Shown here one piece after another: positions 48,132-59,856 of a stretch of DNA of 64,000 nucleotides. Position 1 is the stretch's first letter; every line of letters starts with the position of its first letter. Under the pieces are notes generated by a model, which searched no databases, was not told where the DNA came from, and saw nothing but the letters and a program-made list of their open reading frames with translations. The DNA is from an uncultured bacterium (lineage in GTDB: Bacteria; CAYUVA01). Location: contig CAYUVA010000007.1 in the NCBI GenBank assembly GCA_964448115.1, positions 14,689-78,688 on the forward strand, in the 5' to 3' direction. A program made the position numbers and the translations under genes.

Positions 48132-49093
48132 CCCCGATCAAATACTCCTATTCGTCTGAACTTATTGTACCTGTCTTGTAGCAATTGCTCAATGTCTAAA
48201 GTCCTGAATCTTTCAAAATACTCAAGGACAATTTGTTTCACTATCAAAGCGGTATCCCTGTGATTATGATGCGCTCCCCCGAGCGGTTCGGGAACCACTT
48301 GGTCTATAATACCGAGTTGCTTGAGATCGGGTGCGGTTAGCTTTAGGCTCTCGGCAGCGCGTGGTGCTTCGGCTGCATCGCGATATATAATGGCAGCGCA
48401 ACCTTCCGGCGATATCACCGAGAATACAGCGTACTGAAGCATCAGCAAGGCATCGGCAAGGGCTAAGGCGATTGCACCTCCGCTGCCACCCTCGCCGGTA
48501 ACGATGGAGATTATCGGTGTCTTGAGGGTTGACATGGTAGCGAGTGATTCGGCTATTGCCCAAGCCTGTCCATGTTGTTCAGCCTTGAGTGTCGGGTCGG
48601 CACCGGGGGTATCGATTATGGTCAATAGCGGTGCCCTATATTTCTCGGCGAGCTTCATTACTCGAATTGCCTTGCGGTAGCCGGCTGGTTTGCACATGCC
48701 GAAGTTTGTCTTCATTCTTTCCTTTGAATCTCTGCCCTTCTGGTGTCCAATAACGAAGAAGGTCTGTTCCTCAATCTTGCCGATGCCGGTAACGATTGCC
48801 TTGTCATCCGCGCCGAGCCTGTCGCCGTGAAGCTCGATGAAATCGGTAAAGATATACTTGATGAAGTCGCGGGTATATGGGCGGTTAGGGTGGCGAGCCA
48901 GCAGAACCCGCTCCCATGGGGTCAGCCTGCCAAAGATCAGCTTCTGTAGCCGGCGAACCTGTCCCTCTAGCGCATGGATCTGCCTTTCGAGTGCGCTGTC
49001 TCGTTTGATCCCGCGCAATGATTTAAGGTGTTCGATCTCCTTGAGCAGCTCGCCTATCGGTTCATCGAACTTGGTGCTAATAGTCTCCTGCAT
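48128..49093 (-). CDS. accA: Acetyl-CoA carboxylase carboxyltransferase subunit alpha.
   Basis: FGMCKPAGYRKAIRVMKLAEKYRAPLLTIIDTPGA...GEGGSGGA matches AccA. The stop overlaps the downstream PBP2 start. Confidence 0.85.
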   Translation of the reverse strand: MQETISTKFDEPIGELLKEIEHLKSLRGIKRDSALERQIHALEGQVRRLQKLIFGRLTPWERVLLARHPNRPYTRDFIKYIFTDFIELHGDRLGADDKAIVTGIGKIEEQTFFVIGHQKGRDSKERMKTNFGMCKPAGYRKAIRVMKLAEKYRAPLLTIIDTPGADPTLKAEQHGQAWAIAESLATMSTLKTPIISIVTGEGGSGGAIALALADALLMLQYAVFSVISPEGCAAIIYRDAAEAPRAAESLKLTAPDLKQLGIIDQVVPEPLGGAHHNHRDTALIVKQIVLEYFERFRTLDIEQLLQDRYNKFRRIGVFDRG

Positions 49094-49332
49094 CGCACTT
49101 TGAGGATTATAACAGAGATGAGAGATGCGATCACTAGGCGGCGGTTATTTTTCGATTTGATGATTTGATTGAGATCCCTCTTATGGGCTTGTTTTCAGAA
49201 AACACCCGGCTTTCCAACAGCGTGTTACGATACTGTTAATTCTCCATTAAACATTCATAAGAAACCCATTTCATAGCTTCATTGATGATAGACAATGTTT
49301 TTATCAACTTTTCGATGGATTTTGATTAGAAA

Positions 49333-51510
49333 TTAACTATCTTGATTAGCACCATACTTTTTTATGATGAACCTCTGCAAGGGAATAGCTTGCCACTCAT
49401 CGGATCCATAACTGGTCATTATTTGTGGAAGATACCTATATTTATACAATCGGCATCGCAAGCTGACCTTATGCAATCCCTCATCCAACCTGATAGCACC
49501 TCTCTCCGCCAAAGAACCCTTGAAGTAATACAAGACCCTTTTCCCCTCGATGATAAGCTCAAGATGTTCCTTCTCGGTCGCATCAAAAAGATAAGAACCA
49601 GCCCTCGGTATGTAAAGGAACGATTCTGCGACTAAAAGGTGGTCTTTCTTGAACTCCACCTCGAGTGCAGAAGCAGCATTCTCCGTGTTTATCAACTTAG
49701 TGCCGCTTATCCTGTTGCCTTTATCATCCTCAAGATGCCCGGTGAAGCCCTGGATAGCAAAGATCTCCTCTTTCGGGATTCTAATAAAGTAGAATCCTTT
49801 ATTTTCATTGGGTTTAGTGTAGTCGTGGCTGTTGATCTGACAGCCTGGATAGTAAAATCTAAGCATATCAAACATCCATTGCTGGGCTTCATCTTTGAAC
49901 AAGACCAGCATGGCATCTTTATCCAGTTTTTTAATTATCGGGATATAACGCCTAAAGCTCGGGGTTCGGACATAGAATTCACTGGGATCTGCCGCAAAGT
50001 AGGTTGTACTTTTAGTCCTGGGGTAGGTATAAAAGACCAGTTGACACACATAGTCAGAGCCAACTATTGGCATAAAGCAATACTTATCGAAGTTATCCGA
50101 TATGAACCTTGACATATCGTAGATCTCCTCCCTACGCGTTATCACGGTTCCCCAAGAGTAATCATCAGGGAAGAGCTCATGATAGTTCTGCCAACTGACC
50201 ACCGCAATCAGAGCAGCGATAACAAGCCACCAGGTCCCCTCGCCGATAAGATCTATGAGATAAAATAAGACCCGATGCAGAAAAACCAAAAATGACCCGA
50301 CAAGAATGAAGGCAAGCGGCATCAGCCCCATGTAGCGCCTTATACTGCAATCGAACATCAATCCAGGCGCCATTGCAGCAATAAACCACGCTATGAGAAG
50401 ATTGAACTCCCAGCGACGAAAATGTAATAACATCAATACAAAGCCGAAGATATAAGCAACCGCGGTCAAGCTATTTAAGATCGGCTTGTTGTGGCGCACA
50501 TACAGCTCGACAGTGGGGTAAAACCGGTAATTGAAGCTGGTCAAGATCTTGGCAGCCCTCTTGCCGATCACACCGAGGGGATCTCCCCATACGCCCTCAT
50601 GCACCAGGCGCTCCTTTAGATTGCCAGGGAAATAGAAGCTCTTATAAGGAAGCAGCACGAAGACAAGTATCAAGGTTGCACTTAAGGTGAAAGCAAGCAG
50701 GCGCCATTTATGTTCGACAATGAATTTTAGGTTAAAGGCGACCTGGAAAATCAAAAAGATTATTATCGCTCCCGGAATGGTCCGATAAGCAGGGTAACTG
50801 TTGTACCCTAGTAGAAAAATAGCCCCCGAAAAGAGAAATGGAAGCAGCCAACTCCTTCGTATCCCCAATATCAGCAATCCAAAAGCCAAGGCAGCATAAG
50901 TTGCCACCGTGTGTTGCCGCCAGGCATTGATCGTCTCAGAGGTAGCCCACAGGGAGATCCCCATGAGCAGACTGCCAGCAAAGGCGCCCCGTGCATCGAA
51001 GAGAAAACGCAAGCAAAGATAAGTGAAAAGGACGGTCAAGATCCCCAGCACCTTGCTGGCAGCCCTTAAGACATAAAGGTTTACACCGAAATGCTTCATG
51101 AAAAAGGCAAGCACATAGACGAAATGACTTTCTATGGAGCCGAAGTTGGGCTTGTAAGGCAGACCCTCGATGATCTTGAGGGCATCGTAGCTTTTTACCA
51201 TCTCCTCGATGGACATGCCAAGATTCTCAGGGGGAACTGAACTGAATTTGAAAAAGAAAGTAGCCAGCAAGACCAGGAGGACCAGGATGATCTCCAGTGT
51301 TATGGAAATCCTTTCCGTGAAGAATTTAGGCTCAAAAGGCTTGATCCTGAGATTGAGGCAAATTAGACATGCCATGGCTGGAATGTAAAGCAAAATCCCG
51401 AAAAAAGGTCTCCCGCGGGTCAGAAGGTGTTGCCCCAAGACACCTAGTGCCAACATTAGTATCAGCAACCCTGCATCGATTAGTTTTCTCTTGATCTCCT
51501 TTGGTAACAT
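49333..51510 (-). CDS. Polytopic membrane protein, GT-C-like (ArnT/PMT-family) putative glycosyltransferase with a C-terminal soluble domain.
   Basis: At least 12 TM segments in the N-terminal 450 aa, then a soluble domain of about 270 aa. The overall topology resembles GT39/GT83 enzymes. Confidence 0.4.
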   Translation of the reverse strand: MLPKEIKRKLIDAGLLILMLALGVLGQHLLTRGRPFFGILLYIPAMACLICLNLRIKPFEPKFFTERISITLEIILVLLVLLATFFFKFSSVPPENLGMSIEEMVKSYDALKIIEGLPYKPNFGSIESHFVYVLAFFMKHFGVNLYVLRAASKVLGILTVLFTYLCLRFLFDARGAFAGSLLMGISLWATSETINAWRQHTVATYAALAFGLLILGIRRSWLLPFLFSGAIFLLGYNSYPAYRTIPGAIIIFLIFQVAFNLKFIVEHKWRLLAFTLSATLILVFVLLPYKSFYFPGNLKERLVHEGVWGDPLGVIGKRAAKILTSFNYRFYPTVELYVRHNKPILNSLTAVAYIFGFVLMLLHFRRWEFNLLIAWFIAAMAPGLMFDCSIRRYMGLMPLAFILVGSFLVFLHRVLFYLIDLIGEGTWWLVIAALIAVVSWQNYHELFPDDYSWGTVITRREEIYDMSRFISDNFDKYCFMPIVGSDYVCQLVFYTYPRTKSTTYFAADPSEFYVRTPSFRRYIPIIKKLDKDAMLVLFKDEAQQWMFDMLRFYYPGCQINSHDYTKPNENKGFYFIRIPKEEIFAIQGFTGHLEDDKGNRISGTKLINTENAASALEVEFKKDHLLVAESFLYIPRAGSYLFDATEKEHLELIIEGKRVLYYFKGSLAERGAIRLDEGLHKVSLRCRLYKYRYLPQIMTSYGSDEWQAIPLQRFIIKKYGANQDS

Positions 51511-51705
51511 AATATCCTGAAATAGGGTTTAATTGTTAATGGAACAAAGGATACATCTGGGTGAAAAAATTGACAAGAATATCTTAAAATCCGGGTGATT
51601 TTGCCCTGCCGTATGGAAAAGATGCTGACTAATTTGTTGAAATTAAAGGATATTTTACATTTTAGAGCTTGGATGAAAAAAGTATAAAAACTTGTAAAAA
51701 AAGGG

Positions 51706-51734
51706 TTGATTTTCCTGAGCCAGGCAGTTATAAT
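51706..51734 (+). promoter_or_regulatory. Near-consensus sigma70 promoter (TTGATT, 17-nt spacer, TATAAT) ending 9 nt before the atpF ATG, implying a leaderless or near-leaderless transcript.
   Basis: Seen directly: ttgattttcctgagccaggcagttataat, then ccgccttcg, then ATG. There is no Shine-Dalgarno. Confidence 0.5.
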
Positions 51735-51743
51735 CCGCCTTCG

Positions 51744-52160
51744 ATGTTGAACATAGATTACACTCTGATCCTACAATTAATTACCTTCCTGGCGTTTATG
51801 TATGTCTGTAGCCGGTTCTTCATCAAGCCTGCGCTGGAGGCTATGAGATCTAGGGATGAGGACATGAAGGAAAACGAGCTTCGTGCCAGCGAGCTTCAAA
51901 GGATGAGACAAGAGCTATACAGGCAACATAAGGAAAAGCTGGAACAAGCAAGGTCTAAGATAAAGGCCATGCGCGAAGAGACCCTGCAAGAGGTGATCTC
52001 AGCACAATCTGCATCCATCAAAAAAGCACAAGATGAGGCTCAAAAGGAGCTTGAAAAAGCAAAAGCTGAGCTTGCTGCGGATGTTGAAAAGCTGAAACCG
52101 GTGTTGGAAAAACAGGTACCTGATATCTCCAAGATGGTAAAAGAGAAACTGCTTAATTGA
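51744..52160 (+). CDS. atpF: F-type ATP synthase Fo subunit b.
   Basis: An N-terminal TM helix (ILQLITFLAFMYV) is followed by a long charged coiled coil. The ORF-table start at 51669 would include the promoter, so the ATG at 51744 is preferred. Confidence 0.7.
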   Translation: MLNIDYTLILQLITFLAFMYVCSRFFIKPALEAMRSRDEDMKENELRASELQRMRQELYRQHKEKLEQARSKIKAMREETLQEVISAQSASIKKAQDEAQKELEKAKAELAADVEKLKPVLEKQVPDISKMVKEKLLN

Positions 52161-52807
52161 TGAGAAAACAAGCTATGTCTTTCATGATTCGGGTGCTTAT
52201 ACCCTTGATGGTTATTATAGTTTCATTCGCTTCATTTGCTCCTGGCGTGGCAGCGAGCCAGGCTGCAAGCGAGCATGGTGGTGAAGCGGGACATGGAGAG
52301 GAGCATGCGCCTTACCCCTGGTTCTGGCGCTCGGTCGATTTTTTGCTCATAGTCCTTTTGTTCTGGTGGCTTAACAAGAAGGCTGGCGGAGCAATCGGCA
52401 GGTTCTTCAGGGGCAGAACTAACGAGATCAGGCAAAACCTGGAAAACTCAAGAGAGATGGTTAATGAGGCGGATCAGCAATTAGATCAAGCAAAACAAGC
52501 CCTGGCAGATGCCTCGACCGAGATTGAAAGGATAATCTCCGAGGGGAAGCAAAGCATCGAAAGGGAAAAACAGCAGTTGATCGAGCAGACCGAAAAGAAA
52601 CTAGAGAAGATAAAAACCGATCTGTCTCGACAGATCGAGGAACAGATCGATAAAGCTAAGAAAGAGCTGCTGACCTTCGTGGTATCCGATGCGATCTCAA
52701 GCGCTGAATCCAAGATAAAAAGCTCCCTGAAGAGGAGCAAGACTATACAGCAAAAACTCATCGATAAGGGTTTGGATAAAAAGAACCTCGACCAGGAACT
52801 GATATGA
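52157..52807 (+). CDS. F-type ATP synthase Fo subunit b' (second b-type subunit).
   Basis: A signal/TM-like N-terminus, a second TM (FLLIVLLFWWL) and a coiled coil resembling subunit b. The start overlaps the atpF stop. Confidence 0.65.
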   Translation: MMRKQAMSFMIRVLIPLMVIIVSFASFAPGVAASQAASEHGGEAGHGEEHAPYPWFWRSVDFLLIVLLFWWLNKKAGGAIGRFFRGRTNEIRQNLENSREMVNEADQQLDQAKQALADASTEIERIISEGKQSIEREKQQLIEQTEKKLEKIKTDLSRQIEEQIDKAKKELLTFVVSDAISSAESKIKSSLKRSKTIQQKLIDKGLDKKNLDQELI

Positions 52808-53358
52808 AATACTATAGCATCTCAAAACGATACACCAAGGCATTCTATGAGCTGGCTGCAAAGGATGGGAAGATAGAACAGCGCTTGGAGGAACTAAAGG
52901 CTTTTCAACAGGTGTATGATGAATCCGAACAGCTTAAGGCGGTTTTAGAGAGCTTCAAGGCAACCAAGGAGGACAAGAAAAAGCTGCTTGCCATGGTCTG
53001 CGATAAGTTGGAGCTTTCAACCATAACTAAGAATTTCCTTCTCGTTCTGGTGGAAAAGAATAGAATAGCGATACTACCCGAAGTTATCGACCTGTATCAT
53101 CAAAGACAGAACGAAGAGAAGGGTATCGTAAGAGCTTCCTTGATCACGCCTTTCGAGCTTGTTGCTGAGGTCGAGGCTGATGTCAAGGAGAAACTTGCTA
53201 GGCTGGTCGGCAAAAAAATAGAGCTTCAAAAAGAGGTGGATCCCTCTATTCTAGGCGGATTCATTGCTCGCATTGGCGATACATTGATGGACTTTTCGAC
53301 TAAAAATCAACTAATAAAAATGACAAGACATATAACAGGGGGCGATAATGCGAATTAA
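52804..53358 (+). CDS. atpH: F-type ATP synthase subunit delta (OSCP).
   Basis: A 184-aa OSCP-like protein ([10 protein letters not shown]...), positioned before atpA. Confidence 0.75.
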   Translation: MKYYSISKRYTKAFYELAAKDGKIEQRLEELKAFQQVYDESEQLKAVLESFKATKEDKKKLLAMVCDKLELSTITKNFLLVLVEKNRIAILPEVIDLYHQRQNEEKGIVRASLITPFELVAEVEADVKEKLARLVGKKIELQKEVDPSILGGFIARIGDTLMDFSTKNQLIKMTRHITGGDNAN

Positions 53359-54889
53359 GGCTGAGGAGATCTCCCGAATCATTAAGGATCAGATCGAGAG
53401 CTACGAGGTTAAGGCGGATATAGACGAGGTAGGTACTGTAATCTACGCTGGCGATGGAGTCTGCAGGATTCATGGCTTGAATAAGGTCATGGCTGAAGAG
53501 CTTATCGAGTTCCCCAACCAGGTTTTCGGGATCGCCTTGAACCTTGAGGAGGATAATGTCGGTGCTGTTATCCTTGGTGATTATGAACATATCAAGGAGG
53601 GCGATACTGCCAAGAGAACCCGAAGGATCATCAGCGTCCCGGTCGGAAAAAACATGCTCGGAAGGGTGGTCAATCCCCTGGGACAGCCCTTGGATGGCAA
53701 GGGACCCATCGATATCAAAGAATACTATCCCATCGAGAGGATAGCTCCTTCGGTAGTAGATCGAAGACCAGTGCATGAGCCGTTGCAGACCGGCATCAAG
53801 GCTATCGACTCGATGATACCAATCGGAAGGGGTCAAAGGGAACTTATCATCGCTGACCGGCAGATAGGCAAGACCGCCCTGGCAGTTGATACGATAATCA
53901 ATCAGCGCGATACCGATGTCTATTGCGTGTATGTCGCCTGCGGTCAGAAGGCATCCACAGTTGCACGCACTGTTAAGGTGCTCGAGGATAACGGCGCCAT
54001 GGAATATACTATCGTGGTTGCTGCCAACGCATCCGATCCAGCCCCGCTTATCTATATCGCCCCTTACGCTGGCTGCGCCATGGCTGAGTACTTCTTGTAC
54101 AATGGTATGCACGCCCTGACCATATATGATGATCTATCCAAGCAGGCAGCAGCCTACAGGCAGCTTTCGCTGTTGTTGCGCAGGCCACCCGGTCGCGAGG
54201 CTTATCCTGGCGATGTCTTCTACCTCCACTCAAGGCTTCTCGAGAGGGCAGCTAAACTAAACGAGGACAACGGCAGCGGATCGCTGACCTCGCTACCCAT
54301 AGTGGAGACGCAGGCAGGGGAGCTTTCAGCCTATATTCCCACCAATGTCATCTCGATCACCGATGGTCAGATCTTCTTAGAGACGGACTTATTTTATGCA
54401 GGTCAGCGCCCGGCTATCAATGCAGGTCTTTCAGTATCCAGGGTAGGTGGCGCTGCCCAGATAAAGACCATGAAGAAGGTCGCCGGCTCGCTTCGACTTG
54501 ACATGGCGCAGTTCAGGGAACTGGCTGCCTTTACTCGTTTCGGGGCTGAGCTTGACCCTGCAACAAAGGCTCAGATAGAAAAGGGCGAGCGCCTGGTCGA
54601 GATCCTCAAACAACCGCAGTATCAGCCGCTTCCGGTCGGCAAGCAGATACTGATCATTTATGCGGGAATTAACGAGTATCTGAAGGATATAAATGTTGAG
54701 GATGTACAACTGTTCGAGAGCGAGCTTTACAGATTCATAGATGAGCGGTATCCGGATCTTCCTAAGACCCTCGAAAAGGAGCTTCCTGAGGATAAGATCG
54801 ACAAGGTTCTAAAGGAATTTATTGAAAAATTCATGCAGGAACATGGATACCAGGAAGAGGAGCAAGAAGAAACAGCGACCGCAGAATAG
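53348..54889 (+). CDS. atpA: F-type ATP synthase subunit alpha.
   Basis: The P-loop is GDRQIGKT, with [41 protein letters not shown]. Confidence 0.95.
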   Translation: MRIKAEEISRIIKDQIESYEVKADIDEVGTVIYAGDGVCRIHGLNKVMAEELIEFPNQVFGIALNLEEDNVGAVILGDYEHIKEGDTAKRTRRIISVPVGKNMLGRVVNPLGQPLDGKGPIDIKEYYPIERIAPSVVDRRPVHEPLQTGIKAIDSMIPIGRGQRELIIADRQIGKTALAVDTIINQRDTDVYCVYVACGQKASTVARTVKVLEDNGAMEYTIVVAANASDPAPLIYIAPYAGCAMAEYFLYNGMHALTIYDDLSKQAAAYRQLSLLLRRPPGREAYPGDVFYLHSRLLERAAKLNEDNGSGSLTSLPIVETQAGELSAYIPTNVISITDGQIFLETDLFYAGQRPAINAGLSVSRVGGAAQIKTMKKVAGSLRLDMAQFRELAAFTRFGAELDPATKAQIEKGERLVEILKQPQYQPLPVGKQILIIYAGINEYLKDINVEDVQLFESELYRFIDERYPDLPKTLEKELPEDKIDKVLKEFIEKFMQEHGYQEEEQEETATAE

Positions 54890-54913
54890 TAACCGAGGGG
54901 GATCCTGGGCAGT

Positions 54914-55840
54914 ATGGCTAAGAAGAAAAAGAAGAAAAAACAACGAGCGCTAAGTGCTGCAATGATGGAGCATAGCCTGGTCGGCTTCCGTCGCAAGATT
55001 CGTAGCGTTATCAAGGTTCAACAGATCACCAGGGCAATGATGATGGTCTCTGCGGTCAGGCTTAGAAAAGCCCAGGAACTGGTTGAAAAGAGCCGACCCT
55101 ACTGCGAGGCTATTGCCGAGATGATGAGATCTGCCGCAAAGGGATTGACCCTCGCTGAGAACCCGTTCTTCGAGAAGCGTGAGGTAAAAAATGTTGAGCT
55201 TATCATTGTCAGTGCTGATAAGGGGCTTTGCGGAGCATACAACACGAACATTATCAGACGCGGTCTCGAGGAGATAAGAAGGCTTAGCGGTCAATACGGG
55301 CTTTTCGTTACCACCATAGGAAGAAAGGTCAACTCCTACCTAATTAAGCACGATATTGATGTGTTCAGAACCGACAACGAGCTGATCAGCGATATCGATT
55401 ACGCCAAGGTGGTCGGCATAATAAACGGCTCCATCCAGAACTACCTGGAAAAGCGCATCGATGAGGTCTATGTCCTTTATACAAAGTTCTTCAACACGGT
55501 AAGGCAACAGATCACCCTGGAGAGGCTCATCCCCATGATCGAGATTGAGGATGAGTATAGCTACCCAGAGGAAGGATTTGTTGAACATATCTTTGAGCCA
55601 TCCAAGGAGCGACTTCTAAGCGAGCTTTCCAAGAGATGCATCTATCAGAACTTCTATCTGATGTTGCTCAATGCGAGAGCAAGCGAGATAGCTGCCAGGT
55701 ATATGGCAATGGATAACGCAACCGATAACTCCTCGGATCTCATAGATGCCTTGACTCTTGCCATGAATAAGCTGAGGCAGGAGAAGATCACCACTGAGAT
55801 CCTAGAGGTAACCAGCGGGGCCGAGGCTTTGAAACAATGA
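54914..55840 (+). CDS. atpG: F-type ATP synthase subunit gamma.
   Basis: IKVQQITRAM near the N-terminus and a C-terminal helix ...LALNKLRQEKITTEILEV. Confidence 0.9.
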   Translation: MAKKKKKKKQRALSAAMMEHSLVGFRRKIRSVIKVQQITRAMMMVSAVRLRKAQELVEKSRPYCEAIAEMMRSAAKGLTLAENPFFEKREVKNVELIIVSADKGLCGAYNTNIIRRGLEEIRRLSGQYGLFVTTIGRKVNSYLIKHDIDVFRTDNELISDIDYAKVVGIINGSIQNYLEKRIDEVYVLYTKFFNTVRQQITLERLIPMIEIEDEYSYPEEGFVEHIFEPSKERLLSELSKRCIYQNFYLMLLNARASEIAARYMAMDNATDNSSDLIDALTLAMNKLRQEKITTEILEVTSGAEALKQ

Positions 55841-55891
55841 TGGTTACAAAGATTATGATAACAAGAAACTTTCAATCACATATAAATTTGA

Positions 55892-57325
<1,434 letters not shown>

Positions 57326-57327
57326 TA

Positions 57328-57765
57328 ATGACCACAATACCCGAGTACCTTCAGTTGGATATAATATCGCCTGAGAAACAGGTTGTCTCCACTATGGCAA
57401 AAGAGGTGGTAGCGCCCTGTACTGATGGATATTACGGATTCATGGCAGGGCACACATATTTTGATGGATTGCTCGATACCGGCATCCTCTATTACACTGA
57501 TGATAAGGGTGAGGAGCATGACTTTTTCGCCTGCGGCGGATTTGTACAGGTTACGCCGGAGAGGGTACGAGTATTGGTAGATATAGTGGAGTCGCCCGAG
57601 GAGATAGACTACCAGCGCGCTGAGCAAGCATTAAAGAGAGCACAGGAGAGGCTAGCTCACATTGACGATACCATTGATACCGCACGAGCGCAGGCTGCCT
57701 TGGCAAGGGCGCTTTATCGCCTCAAGATCGTAGAGAAGGTAAAATATCGCAGGAAAGATCTTTAA
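57328..57765 (+). CDS. atpC: F-type ATP synthase subunit epsilon.
   Basis: A 145-aa protein with an N-terminal beta-sandwich and a C-terminal helical hairpin, immediately after atpD. Confidence 0.8.
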   Translation: MTTIPEYLQLDIISPEKQVVSTMAKEVVAPCTDGYYGFMAGHTYFDGLLDTGILYYTDDKGEEHDFFACGGFVQVTPERVRVLVDIVESPEEIDYQRAEQALKRAQERLAHIDDTIDTARAQAALARALYRLKIVEKVKYRRKDL

Positions 57766-57774
57766 GCCACAATA

Positions 57775-58173
57775 TTAGCCGCCAAGAACCTTAACTAACA
57801 CAGACCTAGTCCTGGGTCCATCGAACTCGCATAGAAAGATCCCCTGCCATGTGCCGAGCAGGATTGAACCATTCTCTATGATAAGGTTTACCGAGCTCCC
57901 TATCACGCTCGATTTGATATGTGCTGCCGAGTTACCCTCCGTATGGGCGTAGTTGTCATCGAAAGGAATCAGCTTATTTAACTCCATGATAATATCGGCA
58001 GCAACGCTTGGGTCAGCGTTCTCGTTGATAGTAATCCCGCAGGTAGTATGCGGAACATAAACCACGGCTATGCCTGAATCGATCTCGCTTTCGGCTATTA
58101 TATCCGCAATCTGCGAGGTGATGCTGACCAGTTCCACTCGTTTATTGGTTCTTATCTTGAAGTTATGATACAT
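57775..58173 (-). CDS. YjbQ/UPF0047-family protein (secondary thiamine-phosphate synthase-like).
   Basis: Conserved VYVPHTTCGITINENADP...GPRTR pattern. The start is probably the internal Met MYHNF, not the ORF-table start at 58230. Confidence 0.65.
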   Translation of the reverse strand: MYHNFKIRTNKRVELVSITSQIADIIAESEIDSGIAVVYVPHTTCGITINENADPSVAADIIMELNKLIPFDDNYAHTEGNSAAHIKSSVIGSSVNLIIENGSILLGTWQGIFLCEFDGPRTRSVLVKVLGG

Positions 58174-58198
58174 GACTAGAGTTCCTGGACTTAAAAAG

Positions 58199-58711
58199 TT
58201 AACATTGATTGTTGGAGAGGTGCTTGTCATGAAGGGCTATACCAGTTAATTGAGCTATCTCGGCGAGCAGTGATGAAAAAGCCCGGTCGTTGAAGATACC
58301 CTGAACCTCGGGGTAACCGATGAACTCGATGACGCCATAGCATTCACCCTCAGCAGACTTTAGCGGATACGCAGCCAGGTCGCCGGATAAAAAACCGATT
58401 GCCTCATCGATCTCCTCAGCGTGGATGGGGCTGGATGCATCGATAGTCTCCATGGCATTGAACTTGGCGACCCTGCCCACCAGACCCTCGCCGAGCTCTA
58501 CCTCCCAGCCGAGTATTTCTTGCGCATGGGTGCCGGATGCCTCCTCGCAGCGGATCTTATCCTCGCCCTGCTTCAACCAAATCGAGACGGCAGCTAGCTC
58601 CTCAAAGGCGAGGATCACATCAACGATTCCCTTGAGGCTCTCCTTGAGCGTCTCTTTGGATGCCAGCGAATCGATGACTGTCTTGAGCCGTTCGATGTCT
58701 TTTGGTTCCAT
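58199..58711 (-). CDS. Stand-alone GAF-domain protein.
   Basis: A 170-aa protein with a GAF-like core (...LGEGLVGRVAKFNAMETID...). Confidence 0.55.
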   Translation of the reverse strand: MEPKDIERLKTVIDSLASKETLKESLKGIVDVILAFEELAAVSIWLKQGEDKIRCEEASGTHAQEILGWEVELGEGLVGRVAKFNAMETIDASSPIHAEEIDEAIGFLSGDLAAYPLKSAEGECYGVIEFIGYPEVQGIFNDRAFSSLLAEIAQLTGIALHDKHLSNNQC

Positions 58712-58723
58712 GATGCCTTTACC

Positions 58724-58948
58724 TTATCTTCTTTTCATCAATTGTAAAAGGTCCTCTTTAGAAAGTCCGCATTGTTTTAAGATACCAAGTAGAGTTCCTT
58801 TGGCAATCTCATCATGTAAGGGGACGACTGTTTTATGCTCTCCCTTTTCCAAACTAACATGACTTCCTTTTTTCCTAACAACTGAAAATCCCTCCTGACA
58901 TAGAATCTTTATAAGTTCATCGCCGGAGAGAATTGGTAACTTAGGCAC
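58724..58948 (-). CDS. hicA: HicA-family toxin (mRNA interferase) of a HicAB toxin-antitoxin pair.
   Basis: ...ILCQEGFSVVRKKGSHVSLEKGEHKTVVPLHDEIAKGTLLGILKQCGL matches the HicA consensus (GSH.....vP.H.ei..gtl..IlKqagl). A likely GTG start overlaps the hicB stop. The ORF-table start at 59035 probably over-extends. Confidence 0.65.
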   Translation of the reverse strand: MPKLPILSGDELIKILCQEGFSVVRKKGSHVSLEKGEHKTVVPLHDEIAKGTLLGILKQCGLSKEDLLQLMKRR

Positions 58949-59156
58949 CCGTGAATACCTCGAGTGGATATAAGACAACTTCTCCGATGTTTTCAGGTAA
59001 ATCATCGATGCCAAAGCTCTCAATATACAATTCAACCGCCTCTTTCAGGTTTGCCTGTGCTTCTTCAATGGTCTTGCCTTGGCTAACAACTCCAATTTCT
59101 ATGCAGTGTGCCACATACCAAGTTTCTTCCTTAGTAATTAAGGCGGTAAATCTCAT
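58941..59156 (-). CDS. hicB: HicB-family antitoxin (short, UPF0150 type).
   Basis: MRFTALITKEETWYVAHCIEIGVVSQGKTIEEAQANLKEAVELYIE is HicB-like. It lies directly upstream of hicA and overlaps it. Confidence 0.6.
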   Translation of the reverse strand: MRFTALITKEETWYVAHCIEIGVVSQGKTIEEAQANLKEAVELYIESFGIDDLPENIGEVVLYPLEVFTGA

Positions 59157-59310
59157 CTGCTCATCCCGTTTCCAGCATATATTGGTTGTTTTAAGGTGTG
59201 CAATTCTGTTAATGGATATTTAACGGTTTCTAATCACCTCAATTATACTTAATGTAATTTTATCGATTAAGAGGTACTCCGTCAAGTTGGGATTTATCTG
59301 TTCCTTATAA

Positions 59311-59838
59311 CTAGTGCCTTACCTTCTGCTTATAGAGCTGGCGGATGGTCTGAAAAATATCGTTGTAATAGCCAGCCTTGAAGTCAGGAAAGCTCCAATG
59401 AAAGGGATAGTAGTTGCCCTTGTAGTAATAGAGTGTTGGATCTGCCCAGACACCATCAACCAGATAGACCTTGTGCCAACCCTCCTTGTAGGATAGTAAA
59501 ACCACCTTGAAGAAATCAAGATACCCAGGATCAAGGTTGAAAACCCTGTTTGCGCCGATCTTGAATTCATCCTCAAGGTCAGCAGCCATATCCTTGACAT
59601 GATAGATCCCCTCAACGGGGACTATGTTCTCAAAGGATATGAAAGTACGCGTAAGATCCTCTCCCATCTCTGCATTATAGTAATCGGTCATGTCAAAAGG
59701 CTGTGGCTCACTCTGAAAGTCGATGTCCCCATGGAGCTTGACTAAGCGCTCAATAAGCTCGGGCAACAGCTCAAGACGATTAGTCAATACTCCATAAAAG
59801 AGGTTGACATCCATTGCACGGCTTTTGATGCTCATCAT
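59311..59838 (-). CDS. Hypothetical protein of 175 aa.
   Basis: An intact ORF with no family I can name with confidence. It ends 19 nt before the upstream GT-C-like gene on the same strand. Confidence 0.4.
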   Translation of the reverse strand: MMSIKSRAMDVNLFYGVLTNRLELLPELIERLVKLHGDIDFQSEPQPFDMTDYYNAEMGEDLTRTFISFENIVPVEGIYHVKDMAADLEDEFKIGANRVFNLDPGYLDFFKVVLLSYKEGWHKVYLVDGVWADPTLYYYKGNYYPFHWSFPDFKAGYYNDIFQTIRQLYKQKVRH

Positions 59839-59856
59839 GTCAAGTCTCCCGGCAAA

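Noticed and set aside
51669-51743. The upstream ATG start for atpF (N-terminal extension MDEKSIKTCKKRVDFPEPGSYNPPS).
   Set aside because: The extension would put a near-consensus TTGATT, 17-nt spacer and TATAAT promoter inside the coding region. It is also not part of canonical b subunits. The ATG at 51744, directly followed by the TM helix, is preferred.
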